Source: Utricularia gibba
Lineage: Eukaryota; Plantae; Magnoliophyta
Length of the DNA stretch: 64,000 bases
Assembly: GCA_002189035.1 (NCBI GenBank)
Contig: NEEC01000007.1
Coordinates: 2,418,001-2,482,000 of the forward strand
Direction of reading: 5' to 3'
A program made the position numbers and the translations under genes. Each line of letters begins with the position of its first letter. Position 1 is the stretch's first letter. The notes below the pieces were generated by a model, which saw nothing but the letters and a program-made list of their open reading frames with translations, made no database searches and had not been told where the DNA came from. Below are positions 23,941-38,077 of this stretch, piece by piece.

Positions 23941-26006
23941 CTACAACCTCTGCTGCTTGGTTTCAGCAGACACCAAATACGACAAACCTTTGGTGCTGTC
24001 AACGCCACCGTTATCTGTTGCAGCGACAGCTCCCTTCCCTGACTCCTCCTGCCTCTCGCTGGGGCTCTTCCCAAGTGAGTATTCTCTTATCCTCTCCTCG
24101 GCAAGCGAGGCCTGCATACACATAAACATAGATGATGATTCAGTCACTTCCCCTGGTGATGGGGTTGTGGATGAAGATCACAGCATCAGAAAAACCTCCT
24201 GGTTCCAGTTCGTTCTCAGAACAAACACAATCAGAGTCATGGTCTGAACCATCACACCACCTAGCATTCCCATCCAAATCCCTCTCACCCGAGATTAGCT
24301 TTGAGCCCGAGGAGGCCCCCCAGGGGGAGGCCGAGCACGTAGTAGCAAATAACGTTTACTATTGCTACTGATGTTTGCCATCCTGCGCCCACTGCCACCC
24401 CTGTCGACAACCGGAGAAGCATGTTTCTGTGAATATTGACACAAGTGATCGTGTTGCTTGGTGTTGTGTGTAATGGTTATGATGCGTACCATGGAGGACT
24501 GGTTGAATGCTGTTGAAGAAAATGGTGGCTGCTAAGAAGTATCCCAAGTTGGAAGCTTGTTTGATGACTTCTTCTTGGTTGGAGAACATTCTGGGAATGA
24601 CTGTCGCCAGGCTATTATTGCGACCGAGAATACAGCGCCGATGAGGGTCGACTGTATTACAGTAACTCCTACGGAGAATTTGGCTGCCTTGGGGTTGTTT
24701 GCTCCAAGCTCATTTGAGACACGAACGCTGCAGCATTTTTTATCATCCTGTTACAACGCAAAATAAGCTCATCTGAAGAATATTGATTGTCTTGTTTAGT
24801 ACCTAATTGCAGTGTAGAAGCCAACGCCAACCATCAGTATCCAGATCTCTATGTTCATGCTGAGATAAACAACATTGCTTCAGTCTGTGATTCTAGCACA
24901 CGAGTTCCTCAGTATGAGAAAAGGAAAGAAAACCAACCAAATGGAAATGGCAGCTACAGCGAGCTCTGGATTGCTCAACCAACCAACCATAAGAAGCAGA
25001 ATGGTAAAATACCAGAGTTCTAAGCTGGAGAAACAACAAAGCAATGAGCCTGAGTGTTACCAAACGTTGTTACTAAAGAAACTGCAGTGCAACTTACCAT
25101 AGCATGATAGCTGAGGCGAGTGATAGCTTCACAAAGTTGTAGAGTTGCTGGAAAGCAGAGAAGGAGAATCCAGTCCAAGATTCGGGAAAAGACCAGTGAC
25201 AACATACAGAATTTCACCCAACACTATGAGAAACCATGACAAATTTGCAGCAATAGCTGCCCCCAGAAGTCCTTTGCCCATTACAGTCACAAGAATCCAG
25301 TTCAGGAGAACATGAATTCCCAAGGCAAAAACGGAAATGAAAGTCATAACCCAGATTTTGCTCTGAGCTTGTAGAAACTTTTGAACAGGAAAATTGATAG
25401 CATATGCAAACAACTGAGGAGTGACCCATAACGCATACTTTCCAGCAGCATCTGCGATTCGGTGGCTCTGTTTAATAAGTTTTAGTATGGGGGAAGTAAA
25501 AATGTAGAAAGGAGAAAGAAATGCCGCAGTGACTAATGCAATAATCCAAGATCTTTGCAAGTAGATCCCAAGCATCTTATACTCCCCGGCTCCAACCGCT
25601 TGCCCACAGAGAGTTTCGAGAGCGCTTCCCATTCCTAGCTAATGCAACCAAAGGAGGAGTGAAACAGGTTTTCTCAGAGACTGTTACAGATTCGGAAATA
25701 AGAATGAATAAAAACGCAAATCAGAAGAAGCAATGGTAGATTCACCATGACGCCAAATGCAAAGCCCTCGAGCACATTCTGCACTATTGAAACAGCAGCG
25801 AGCTCGAGCTCCCCAACCCGCCCAACAAAGGCGGCGGTCACGAAGGAGATGGAAAATTGGGCGACGGTGAGGATAATCGCCGGCAGTGCGATGCCCCACA
25901 TGATCTCTGATTCTTCCCATACCTTTCCTCCGAACCCCAGTTTCCCCTTCTCTCCGGCGGGAGCATCAACTTGCAGGGATTTGGGTTGTGTGGGTTCTTC
26001 TTCCAT
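23941..26006 (-). CDS. DTX: MATE / DETOXIFICATION-family transporter, about 7 exons, three apparent 1-bp frameshifts
   Basis: GMGSALETLCGQAVGA, LQRSWI, FPVQKFLQAQSK, LELWYF, VRVSNELGA, NSIQPVLHGVAVGAGWQ, LRTNWNQE. Frame breaks at 25184-25186, 24593-24595 and 24288-24290, each in a G/C run. Could alternatively be a pseudogene. Confidence 0.88.
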
Positions 26007-26926
26007 TGGGTGGCGAGTAGACAAGACTCATCAATGGCGTTGTATTATATACATGGGAGGAAAGTTGTAGTTGAAGCCGTGGAAATGAAGGCACATGCCA
26101 AATAGACTAGGAAACTTGCAGACCATTCGGTTGTTGGAAAAGCGATTTCATCTTCTCAATAGGGTCCCTGCGTCCAACCAGAAAATACATCATCAACTAG
26201 AGTAGAAAAGGTTAAAGATGGTGGATGATCGTCCACCCACCCGGTTCAGGCGAATAAATGTGGTGGCCATTTCTGTAGATATCAACCAGCGCACACGCAT
26301 CTGACATCCACGTGGCTCAACATTCTGCAATCAAATATATTTCATTTTCTCATTTCACGTTTGGCATTTGCAGGGAATGTTTTTTTTTTTCTTACAAAAC
26401 AAAACAAAACTGCTGCTTCCTTCTTCCGACCACAGAAATCTCTTGTCATTGTGTGCTAGCTGATTTTTGTAGAAGCTAGTGTCTATATTTCACATCAATT
26501 ATAAATGAGGAAGAACATATCCCACATTGATTACAGAAGATAGAAGATATATTTAAATAAAAATATTTTTATTAAAAGAAAAGAACATAAAATCATGAAA
26601 ATTGATAATAAAAACATAAATGGTGATAACTTTGGATGGTGAACAAGTACCATATTTTAATGGGCAGGAGAGATATGGGGGTCCAAAATTTGGTCATATG
26701 GTTTGACAAGAAGGACAACCTGAACCAGCATCCTAAGGTGTGTCAACAGTGAAAACAGACATGCATAAGTTCCAAAGATGTTCTATAAAAAAGTGTTAAT
26801 GTTTTGCTGCAACTAATGAAACCAGAATCAGCGCAAGCTCCGAGGGCCTTTCAAAATGCTCTAACAGCTGTAGATGATGGTGCAAAAAAAGAAAGACACG
26901 CGGCCCCCAAGTGATGGGATTTGTAG

Positions 26927-29703
26927 CTACTTGGTATACAGGTACAGCAGTGTGAACACGAAGAAACCGCCCATCTGTGATGGAATATGGATCAATATAA
27001 GAAATGAGCATAGTTGGAGTCAATTGAATAGACAGGTGCATACCATTGTGAATGATGCCCCATAATATGGATATGCTGCAGGTATGAATCTTTCGTACTC
27101 GTTGTGTCTGAATGGCCGAACGGGAATCTGTACATCACAATGTCATATATCATGAGTTGCACAGAACCAGGTGTAACGGATCCACAACAGCATGAAAATG
27201 CATGGTGACTCAAGTCCAATGCACAGTTTGATCAGGGAACCACATAGGATTTGAGCTAGGATGTAGATCAGATGAGGTTTCAATCCATTGAACACACAGC
27301 AAGAGCAAAGTTTCGTCTATAACATTGATTTAAGTCAAGATTTCATGAAAAAGTTCCTTGTAATAAACAGTATCACGAACTAGAGCAACATAGCCGGACT
27401 TACCTGCTTCGATAAATTGATGCTTGAATAACCAAGTCTCTGGTACTCAACCTTGAACTGGAAAACACCATATACATCAGGCACCTTGAATGATGCGTGG
27501 TAAAGGCCCTGAGAATGGAGGAAGCACATGAATTGATACAGAAGTGCACTTGAATGATGTGTGGGAATGGACAGTCCACGGGCGTGGAAGTAGAACCTTC
27601 TGATCAGTTGACATGGTTTTAAGTACATAGGGGCTCATCATGTAGAACTGAAGTTGCAAATCATCAGCAACGTACGGTTCCCAACTAGTACCAGACCATT
27701 CATGGACTTCAACAGAGTATTCCTTCAATCAAATTTAGTGTCAGTGACAGATAAAATTCGGGCATATCACATATTCCACTTAACATTTCCAGAAAGTGAA
27801 AAGCTGGCCTGGGAAATACCACATCATCCTTGATCCGGTATATTGAAGGCTCCTCCACTTCTCCAACTTTGTGATGCCTTACATTGACAGCCTAAAAGGT
27901 GCATATACAAGAAATGACATTAAATATTGCCATAAAGGTGATGAATCTCATACTCAAACAGACCTACCAAAACATTTATGAACCCAAAGGCCTTAAAGGA
28001 AAAAACAACGAAAGTGGGAAATTGCATAATCTAAATGGTTTGTAAACCAAACTGAACAGCGAACCTTCAGGTGACCTCTCTCATGGAAAACCCATCTGCT
28101 GAGCTCAGTTAAAAATTGCTCATTCCCAGATTTCTTATACCTGCTGATTGCAAGAGACCATTTAAAAGGTACACATTCTTCAGGATATTTAACGGTGCAC
28201 GTGACTTTATCATCTTTTAAGGGAAATGCAGAAGCTGAGTTATTCAATGAAATTTTCAGGAGAACAAAATTAAAGATTTCAGCTTGAAGACTGACTTGGA
28301 TGTGCTACCAGATTTCTGCACTGAAGACCTGAAATATCTGGAGAGGCAATCAAACATGGCCAGTAAGATTACTGCTACATAATACAGATGCAATGAAATA
28401 GACTAACCTGTTGCTAAACATGCTAAGTGATCCAGAAATCAAAATCCGCGCATTGTTTCTCGCCTGAAAAAAAATATATCATCAAGAATAATGTTCAGGA
28501 TACACAGCAAAAAAGCTCAAAGTAAATCTCTAAGAAGAGAGAACAAATTAAGGCAGGCGGTGACTTTACACTTGTGTGAAGAAAACATAGCTATTTCTTT
28601 TTCTTTTTTGTTTTTCTGGAGTTCCAGACAAACAGGGGTGTATAGCAATTTCACTACACGATTACCTGCACCACTGAAACTAGCGAGATTGAAGACCCAG
28701 TCAAAGTGGGTGGATTTGAAAGCGCTGTTTTTGGATCCGCAGAGTATGCAGCCGGTGAAGCAGATAGAACCTTTACAACCTGAGATGAAGGGAACAGCCT
28801 TAAAACTAATCAAGAATAGTGAATAAATTGGAGTACTGCAAGCAGAACTAGTGCTCAAAGAAAGAAGGATATTTTACCAAGCTGTTTGCCGTGTTAATGG
28901 AGTGCCCAATTCCCTTGAAAAGCACAGGATCCTGCAAAATTTCTACATTTCTAGCCCAAGAGATAAGGAAAAAAAGGCTTTTCATGATAAAAACTATCAT
29001 AATTACCTCTATTTCCTTGCTTCCCAAAATAACATCTGATCGAATGAAATTGTCGCTGGCAATGAGTGTATGGTCCCCTTCTGTTTCTGAAACAGCATAA
29101 CTTGTGTGATCGATCACCAAAGCTTCTGGATCCTATAAATCACGCATCAAGTATTAATAGATTGCTAACAGCAGATACGCAATCAAAATGCCAAAACAGA
29201 TTGCAAAATCCAACCTCATCAAAGTCAACACCACATTCCACAGCTATCTCACGAATCAACTCAGAAGATGAAGCATCCGCAGCCAGAATCAAATCATGAC
29301 CAGAATCGACAAAGTCTAGAAATGATGCCGCATCAACAGATCCACCAAATCCTAAGTACAAAACGACAAACAAATTAAATCAGTAATTCATGCGGATACA
29401 AGAATGAACAATTAATCCGCTGCACATACGTTCAGTGGTTGGAGAGAAGAGTATGGCAGCGTCGTACAAATACGTCCCGTATCTCTGCAATGCCAGTTTG
29501 GGATCATCGGCCAGCTTGAAATCAAGGTCAAATCCTCGAGTCTCCAACGACTTGAAAAAGAGAGAGTGCGAAGATTTGATCGCGAAATCGTCAAGAAGCA
29601 CCAAAACCCTGCGATCTGTGGGGCTCTCCTCCGAGAAGCCCGATGCAAGAGCCGCTAACGAGATCAGCGAAATAAGAAACCCTTGAAAGAATCGCAGCAC
29701 CAT
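26927..29703 (-). CDS. DGL1: Oligosaccharyltransferase 48-kDa subunit (OST48/DDOST), multi-exon
   Basis: Signal peptide then [45 protein letters not shown]. Spliced exons FGGSVDAA..., [58 protein letters not shown]. Terminal [15 protein letters not shown] (TM plus ER-retention-like tail). Confidence 0.95.
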
Positions 29704-30663
29704 ATCTTGCGTCTGATCTATAGAATTAAGGTATGGATGCTCAGCTCAATGCGCCAAGGTAGACACTGCAGTCCGGCGGCGTACTCACCGCGCTCGGTAT
29801 CGGAGTCGCACCACCCAATTCCCAAACAGCAGGGTTTTGTGAATATCCAATAATGCCCTTGCGCTCAATGCATAGCAGAGGGGGTAAGTTGTATTGCGTT
29901 GTGTAGACTGCAGAGAAATGAGAATATTATATTTTATCATTAACAGATTATTAACTAAATTGATGTAATAAGACAGATTTATATTTTATTATAAATAAAA
30001 AAATAATGTGAATATTTAATTTCTACAGTAAAAATAACTCTGTATTAAACATGTTACCTATTTTATTTAATATAAATAATCTTTCATATCATACAAACTA
30101 AATCTAATTTGTCTCTCTTTTGCAAAGATGCAAAAGAAATGAAATAGCAGTAACATGAAAACCACTGAGAGGGCACTTGAGAACCTCACTCTGTATGTAT
30201 TAAAGCCTGTATTGCTGATGATGAATGCCCTAATAAACACATCTGGAGCATGAAGTATGAGGGTAGCTATATGTAGTCGTTTTTTTAATTTTTTCTCCCA
30301 AAGAAGTAAATACAACAGCAGCTATGTCTGTCTACAGGAGCGTTGCTTAGCATTATGACCTCTTTCTCTATTGTGACTGGAGACCAACCAAGTCTGGGTA
30401 AATCAATTCTAGAAGATGTCTCTGGGCATCAATCTCTCTCTGCATGAGAGTATGGATTCGATAAGCAATAATCGATGTTCCAACAGATAAACAAGTTAGT
30501 GAGACTACACCAATATGCATATGCTATTTGTTACCTGATTGATTTCCCTTGTGCATCCCCGTGAACCCTAGAGAATTAGATCAGGACCATGTAAGAGGAG
30601 CAGAATCATTCGGATTTGCATTCACATGAGCAACAAGTACGCTGAAGCTTACAAATTTCGTCA

Positions 30664-32633
30664 CTAGTCTGTTTCAGAGTCTGATGATGTCACTGGTTCT
30701 GGAGGAGGCCCTTCGATTGAGGGACGTGTTGTCGGCCTCTGCATTGGGTGAAGGATTCCTTGAACGGCATCATTAGCTGTGCAGAAGAAGAACACAAGTA
30801 GCCATTTCAGCATTAAGTAATCAAAGGCAAGAAAAAAACTCAAGTCCAAGCATTGATAGTCATATACATGGCCATTTATACCTGACTCGAGGAAAATAAA
30901 CATTGAAGAATTCTAAGAAACAGCATCCTATTCTTGTAGCTACGGAAGCTTTGCCATCGTTCATTCAGAAATTGTCTAGTCCTATTTTGGATAGTAAGTT
31001 GAAAATAAGCATGACAGTAAGAGAGAACCACCCCAAGTTTGTACATATGCTGCCGGATACAATTAAACCGAAGTGGAATGCATTCACTAGCTGGAAGATA
31101 TTTCCTCGTTAAAGAGCAAGTACCTAATAACCAAATCTTCATGAAAACCATCTTTGCAACATGGAATTCTCCTTCATGATCACTGACAAATTTCCCCTGC
31201 AAGAATAGGTACATAAATTGCATGAAATTGGAAATCATTGTTTTCTTGGGAGCAAGTTACCATTTCATGGTGAATGAAACTGAGAATTTGATCAAGTTTC
31301 ACTTGATGCCTGTGGAAAAACGGGCGAAGATGGTTCAAGTACAATTGCCTAGCCCCCTGTGGACATGAAAACTTTCAGAAGGCAGGAAAAGTTGTTGAAT
31401 CCCTGGAGATTGAATCCGAAAAGGTACTTTCCAAATTGAAGTAGAAGATTACATAAAAAAGAAGATAATAATAAGAACAGGATGCATGACACAAAATAGA
31501 ACTTAATTTTGGTAATGCCATGCTTACATCAACAGATGGCAGTTGAAGCCAAACTAGAAACGCAAACTTCACATGATAGTAAAAGGGAAACCTGTTATAT
31601 GACACAAGTTAATATCCGTGAAAGCCTTGGTCACTGCAAAGATCCCAAGAGATGTAAAAAGGAGTTCAAGTAATTCAAAAACGACTTCTTTTCACACTGA
31701 AGAAAGAAGATAACAAGAACTTGAACTAGGACGAATGTACTATACCAGTACAGAAATTTATCAGTGAACAGCTCCGCAACACTGAAGGACCCATAAGCTG
31801 CAAACAATTTTACATGTTTATATAAGGTAACATAAAAGTGAAATAATTGGGGATGACCAAACATCACTCTAGTTTTTTGAAACTGTGCCCAAGCGAATAG
31901 AAATCACAAAAATAAAAACCCCACAATTCAAAGAAAATAGATTGTAACCAGCACCACTAACCAGCCCAATACATAAGCCATTTATGTTTCTCAGCCTCGT
32001 CATTTGTCTCAATTGCCTTGAATGTAGAATACACCGGCAACACAACCCCCACAGAGCAGCTGAAAACATGAAAAAAAATATCATCTTTGTAGTATTTACA
32101 TAGAGAAATAAAAATTAACTGCCGATGAAGGAAAAAGATACAGCCAATATACACCATTTAAACACTATGAATAAAACGTCAAAAAAAACCCACCATGCTG
32201 TACGAACAAGAACATTAGAACCAAGAGGACAAAGTAGCAATTTCAACCCAACCTGCAAAACAAAAACACGAGTTTCCAAAACAAATCACAACCTCCACAT
32301 AATAAGGCATAAGAATGCGTAGGTAAACCAGATAACATGTATGATGTAATTAACGAAATTTGAAGCACACTTCGCTACGTCCATCAGAAGCGTAGAAGAC
32401 AAATAGAATTCAGATCATCTGGGAACCACGATCAGAGGCAACGAAACATCCAACCGCACATTAAAATTATCATCCAGGTGCTCGTTTTCGTCAAGGACAC
32501 GAAGTAAGAAAAATTACTAATTTTTCTTGTCCCGCGATTGAAATATCATTCAACCAACTTCAAAAATGAAATTAGTTTTAGATGCAGACTTCGCAAATGG
32601 TACCTCACTCGGATTTGTTCCGAACACCGCCAT
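30664..32633 (-). CDS. HVA22K: HVA22-like protein k (TB2/DP1/HVA22 family), about 8 exons
   Basis: MAVFGTNPSE|VGLKLLLCPLGSNVLVRTAC|CSVGVVLPVYSTFKAIE...WLMYWA|AYGSFSVAELFTDK|FPFYYHVKFAFLVWLQLP, ending ...SSDSETD*. Confidence 0.9.
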
Positions 32634-33291
32634 TTCTGCAGAGAAACCACAACCGCAGCAACAGACGAACGGAAACTTGACAATCGAGAAATTTTAGGTT
32701 TCACCCGGATCGTAATCTCGTCCGTCTGCATACCCTTGAATTTTTTGATTTCGTTTTAATCGTCATTAAATAATTTCAAAAAAAAAAAATCTTTTTATTT
32801 AATATCAGAGTTGAAAAATTGATTATCATCTTCCAAATTGTGCTTGGAATAGTAAAAAATTATTATATTAAATGTTTGATTGTAGTAATAGGTTCTCTTT
32901 ATGGAAAATATTTTAAATTTTATTTTATTTTGTAAAATAATAAAAATTTGTCTTTTATTTAATTTGAATCACTTCTTCAATTTAAAAAAAGATATTTGAT
33001 GACGTATGAGATTGGGAAATTATTACCATGCAATTCGTCTTTTGAAGGATGTTTGTATCAAATAAGAATTATTAAATTGATTATTACTATTTTAATTAAT
33101 GTCGGGGCGGGATTTGACGGTGTGAGATTAGGGAAATTCTTTCCCGCACTATTGCCCTCCGTAGCGACACGGAACCGGACGCGGTGGTTGTCGGTTTCGT
33201 GAATTTCTGTTCCTGAAGCTCCTGTTTCTCCAGATCTGTATGTAGCTATTTCCAGCTGCTTGATCGAGATCCTTGAGGAGTAGCATTTAGC

Positions 33292-35194
33292 ATGCACGCG
33301 ATCAAGGACAGAGTCTACCAAAAGCTTTCCAGATATTTCTCCGATTCGGAGACGTCTCTTGAGGAGGTGGATCCGCCCTCAAAGGTACCCGTGTTTTGCG
33401 GATTTTATCCGTTCTAACTGAATTGATTGCTGGTTTTGCGAAAAAAAGAAAGAACAAGAAAAATAAAGCATTGGGTTTGTAGTTCCTTCTGGCTGTCCCC
33501 TTGTCCAATCGGTACTAGAAATTGCTCGAAGATAAAATGAAACTTCTACGACTTCCGTATGATATGTTTGTTATTCCAGAGAACAATTTCGTGTTGAACA
33601 AGAAAATGGATTTTGGTTGGAAGCATCATGAGAAAATGGATTTTCGTGTTGAATATTAGAGTAGTGTTTCTAGTTCCTGCTAGTGTTTTATGCTCAGATC
33701 TGTGTTTATACTAGTTTCGCTTGTGTTTAGGGGAGATCCGATGATACAGATGGAAAATCAAGCACTTCTTTGCTGTCCTACGTTCTTAATTTTGATTGGT
33801 TCAGACAAGGTGAAGCGCCCAAAGAGATGAAGAAATCTGGTGGATCAAATTCCTTCAGATGGGGAAGCAAAAGATTTTCTTGGAAGGAAAAGCCCATGGA
33901 AAGGCACCAACAAGAGTGTGATATTAAGTCTGAAATTCCAAATGATGGTGTTCTTGACTCTTCTTCCATTGATCCTTCAGAGAAAGGAGCACCAGGCACC
34001 AGTAGGTGCTCTAATGTGCGCGAAGATGCAAATTCCTATGAAAATTTTAATTGCAGCCTCAAAAATGAATCCGTTTTTGTGAATGAAGATTTGTATCAGT
34101 TCTTTGAGGCATCACTCCCAAATATAGTGAAGGGGTGTCAATGGATCCTGCTATATAGGTAATTAATTCACAAGAAGTCGTTTTCTTGGTTTCTTCTAGT
34201 GCCTACATCTGTGGATTTCTTTGTTAATACTGCATATGATTGAATGCGTGGTGATATAATGAATGAAGGGCAGTACCGCAAGGCATGGTATATCCCTTCA
34301 GACTCTTTTCAGGAAGAGTTCTGGCCTTTCTGGTCCTTGTCTGCTGGTATGACTACTTTGCAATACATTTTTCTTGCTCCATCATAGTATCAGTAGAAAT
34401 TGAGCATTTCTTATGCCAGATTACTGGGGACAAGAAGGGTGCTGTCTTTGGCGGTTTAATTGATTGCCCGTTGAAGCCTACACCAAAACGTAAATATCAA
34501 GTGCGTATTATGTCTCTCTCACTATGATGATTTTGCAGTGGATCTGGATCTTTCCGATTGAATCATTTAATGGACGAAATGGTATTGCTTATACTGCAGG
34601 GAACATATCAAAGTTTTGTTTTCTCAACATTATTTGGCGAACCAAGGATATTTAGAGCAACAGGTACGACTATTCCCTTTACAATGTCTCTGAATTCAGA
34701 GAGAGTTTGATGTCATCTAATGCTTTCGACTCCTAAAAAACTGGGTTCACACTGTGACTAGATAAGAGCTGTTGCTTTGATCTCCTTGCCCAACTTTGAA
34801 AATCATTACAATTTCTGTCATCAGGAGCCAACAGATACTTCTGCTTGTGCTTGAATGACTTGCTTGCTCTAGGGGGAGGTGGAAATTTCGCATTGTGCTT
34901 GAATGAGGATCTGTGAGTTCCAACGCTCCTAAACCAATACCAATCTCAAAGCTATATTGTGCTTCATAGCCTCACTGCTCAATGCCCTGCAGATTATCCG
35001 GTACCAGTGGACCATGCGAAACATTTGGCAGCTTGTGCTTAGCCCATGACCAGGAGTTTGAGGTGAAGGATGTAGAGGTAGGCGATGCATTTCCTATGCA
35101 CTCTTTCTGGTGAAGGATATTGAGCTAAACATCTATTTTTACCAAACATTTGCAGCTGTGGGGCTTCGCACACTTGTCTCAGTGTGGCAACTGA
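33292..35194 (+). CDS. TLDc-domain (OXR/TLD) protein, multi-exon
   Basis: Start MHAIKDRVYQKLSRYFSD. TLDc motifs FFEASLPNIVKGCQWILLY, RHGISLQTL, GDKKGAVFGGL, FVFSTLFGEPRIFRATGANRYF, LALGGGGNFAL, GPCETFGSLCLAHDQEFEVKDVELWGF. Confidence 0.9.
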
Positions 35195-36035
35195 ACTGGC
35201 ACCAGGAAGGTTCACATATCTTCTCTCTGTTTATCGACTCAGGAAGCCATTCTTTCAACTCTTGCTTCTTTTCCAGCTCCCGCATCTCCACCCTTCTCCA
35301 GCCTTGCGGGAATTGTGACATTTGAAAGAAAGACGGAAACCTGTACCAGTGCAGTTCTAATCCAATAAAAAAAAAATCTCACTTTATTTTGTCATTTAAA
35401 TTTCGTCTAATAAAAATCGCATATATAATGAATGAGATAAAATAGAAATCGAATTCCAACTTCATGCATGCCGAAATTTCCACTGGATTTGATATTTTAA
35501 TCAAGGTATATTTATTATTGGGTCTTGAAATATTGTTTAGGTAACTAATTCCAACTTTACTAATAATATTTATAAAGTATTGAACTAACGAATTGGTTTA
35601 TATTTAAAACCTCTTTAATTAATTATTATTATAAATAAAAAGTAATATTATTCGTTTTTATATACCATAAAAAATCTGTCTATATATATCAAGAAAATCA
35701 GAAATCGAAATCTAGCGCGACAGGTTTCTACTCCTCCCCTTTGTCTTGGGACTTCCGACCAAGTTCTTGTCACAGCAGCGGCAGCAGGTACTGAAACAAC
35801 GAGCCTAGGATTCTTTTCCTGCTATTTATCTTGCTAATCAGTTTTTCCGATCGGCGATTTCCTCTAATTACCAGAAGCTTTTATTGTGTATTCTGGGTTA
35901 GGGTTTGCGATTATAATCAGGCGAGTGAATTGTTTTTGGTTGGGAGTTGGTTTAAATTATACGTATGTTTTCGGTTTGCTCAACTTTTATCTATTCATTT
36001 GGTGAATGGTTGAATGTGCAAGTTCATTTATGCAG

Positions 36036-36491
36036 ATGGACAGCATTGTGGATTCATTAAGCGATGCTTATCTGGAGTTTTTAACTGCAGCAGCGAGCAC
36101 TTTAGAAGCGAGGAAGGTTGCGGGGGTTGAAAAAACTCCAGCCACTGATGCAGCGCTTGGGACTCTGAAGCAACAATGGGAATTGCTTAGAGTGGCTTGT
36201 GATCAAGCTGAAGAGTTTGTGGAATCTGTGAAGCAGAGAATCGGGTCCGAGTGCCTAGTGGATGAGGCTACTGGCTATGTTGCTACTAAAACAGAGCACC
36301 CTATTCCAGCAGGGCTTCCGCCTATTAGCGCTGTTCGCTTGGAACAGATGAGTAAAGCAGTCCGATGGCTCGTGATTGAACTGCAACAGGGGTCTAGTGC
36401 TGGATCAGGATCTGGATCTGGATCTAGTTCTTCACCTCATAGTTCCAGTATGCCCTTTGATGCTAGATTCACTGACGATGCCACTCAGTAA
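36036..36491 (+). CDS. MED32: Mediator subunit 32 (MED2/MED32), single coding exon; 5'-UTR intron about 35788-36035
   Basis: MDSIVDSLSDAY...ACDQAEEFVESVKQRIGSECLVDEATG...LPPISAVRLEQMSKAVRWLVIELQ...FDARFTDDATQ*. The AG acceptor abuts the ATG. A telo-box (ttagggttt, 35898-35906) lies in the leader intron. Confidence 0.9.
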   Translation: MDSIVDSLSDAYLEFLTAAASTLEARKVAGVEKTPATDAALGTLKQQWELLRVACDQAEEFVESVKQRIGSECLVDEATGYVATKTEHPIPAGLPPISAVRLEQMSKAVRWLVIELQQGSSAGSGSGSGSSSSPHSSSMPFDARFTDDATQ

Positions 36492-37737
36492 GTGACAGTG
36501 GTCATCTGATTGCCTTGCAATAACAGGTTGGTGAACTTGAGCCATTAGAGTGTACTGAATTAAGCACTAAGACACTTTGAAATCTTGGCCTATCTTCTTC
36601 AAATGCGGCTATATCAGTACTCTGTATCATCAAATTGATTTTTCTTGAATGCTTTGAAGAATAGGAAAAATCTGAGAACACTTGGTAATGGTAGCTGCAT
36701 GCTTTTATTTGCGACACAAAAAGGTCTATTCTGACTGAATATCCTTCTGTAGACATGTACCATGCTGCTAGTTCTACCTTGGAATGGACATCAGCTATTG
36801 CAGCCAAGCACACCATCAAAACTGGAAATCCTGGATTCTCATGCCGAAAAGGAGATACAACCTAGTACAAGCGACTTGCACAAGCTTTACTCACTTCACC
36901 GCAGTGCTAAGATGCTCTTTCAACTGTTATCTTCCTTGTTTGGATACAAATGATAAAGTTTCAAGCCTTGACTGGTTAATCCCACAGAAAGTTGAAAGTC
37001 TACCACAGTGTTCCTTGAAACCATTCGGAACGCCTCTCCATATAGCTATAGCTATTGACACTCTTATACTAAAATTTTCATGTTTTAAGAGTATTAAATT
37101 AATATAATAGTCTAAATTTATTTGAATAGTTTCATTATTTTGTTTCAAGGTCATTTATCCTTTCTTCTTTTTAAATTAAACATTTTGCGGATAAAAAATA
37201 ATAATAAATATTTTGATGCGGTTGATGCTTTCAAATTTCATGTGACTCATAATTTTCCCCAGTTTTCATTTATATTGCATAAAATGAATATACTAGTCGT
37301 TTGAAAAAGCGCAGTGGGCCCCATAAATATTGAGGTACATACGCGGACACGTGTCCCTTGATCCTGCCACACATCCCACGCTTTTTCTTTGGAGAACTTT
37401 TAAATAATATTATTATAAACGCATATTCGAGATAAAAAGTGTTTTATCCAAAAAAAGGTACAAACTACAAATACAAAAGAAGCCCATCATTTGTGGTATC
37501 TCGGCTCGGCTCGGCTCGCCGCAAAGCTGGCACGCCGTGGCGGCGCTCATGGTTTTCCGACATCGCCGTTATCTCGTGGCCCCTGTCTGAAACAAAACGC
37601 AGAGACGAACATCAACGTTGCTCTTATCGAAATAAATAAATAATATTATTATTATTTATTAAAAATATTCATACTAATGATATTATTATTATAAATAAAA
37701 TAATGTAATTCTATGGAAGGAACACATGAGTACTTTG

Positions 37738-38077
37738 GGTTGCGTTTGATAAAATAACTTAAATAATGATGTAATTACATTACTTCTTATTTGAATAAAC
37801 ACGTATTATATGCTTATAATTAAAGTTTTGTTTGATGGATAGAGTTTGTAAATATGTGTTTAAAGTGTTATTAATATTTAGTATAAATGGAAAAAAAGAA
37901 TTAAAAATCAATTGACTAAGAAAAATTAACAATATTTTTAAAAATACACGATTGAAATTATTATGTAATTGTTTTATAAATCACATACATGTTAAAAAAT
38001 TTAATATACACATATTTGGATGTAAATACGAGGATCAAACATGATACTCAACTTTTCACCTTCAAATACACGCAACC
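37738..38077. mobile_element. Tourist-like (PIF/Harbinger) MITE remnant
   Basis: Ends GGTTGCGTTTG...ACGCAACC, AT-rich interior, flanks ttg/tta (imperfect TTA-type TSD). Confidence 0.4.

Noticed and set aside
26519-26556. USE-like ATCCCACATTG followed by TATTTAAA as an snRNA promoter
   Set aside because: One mismatch, spacing too short (about 18 bp), and the downstream sequence is AT-rich with no snRNA features.
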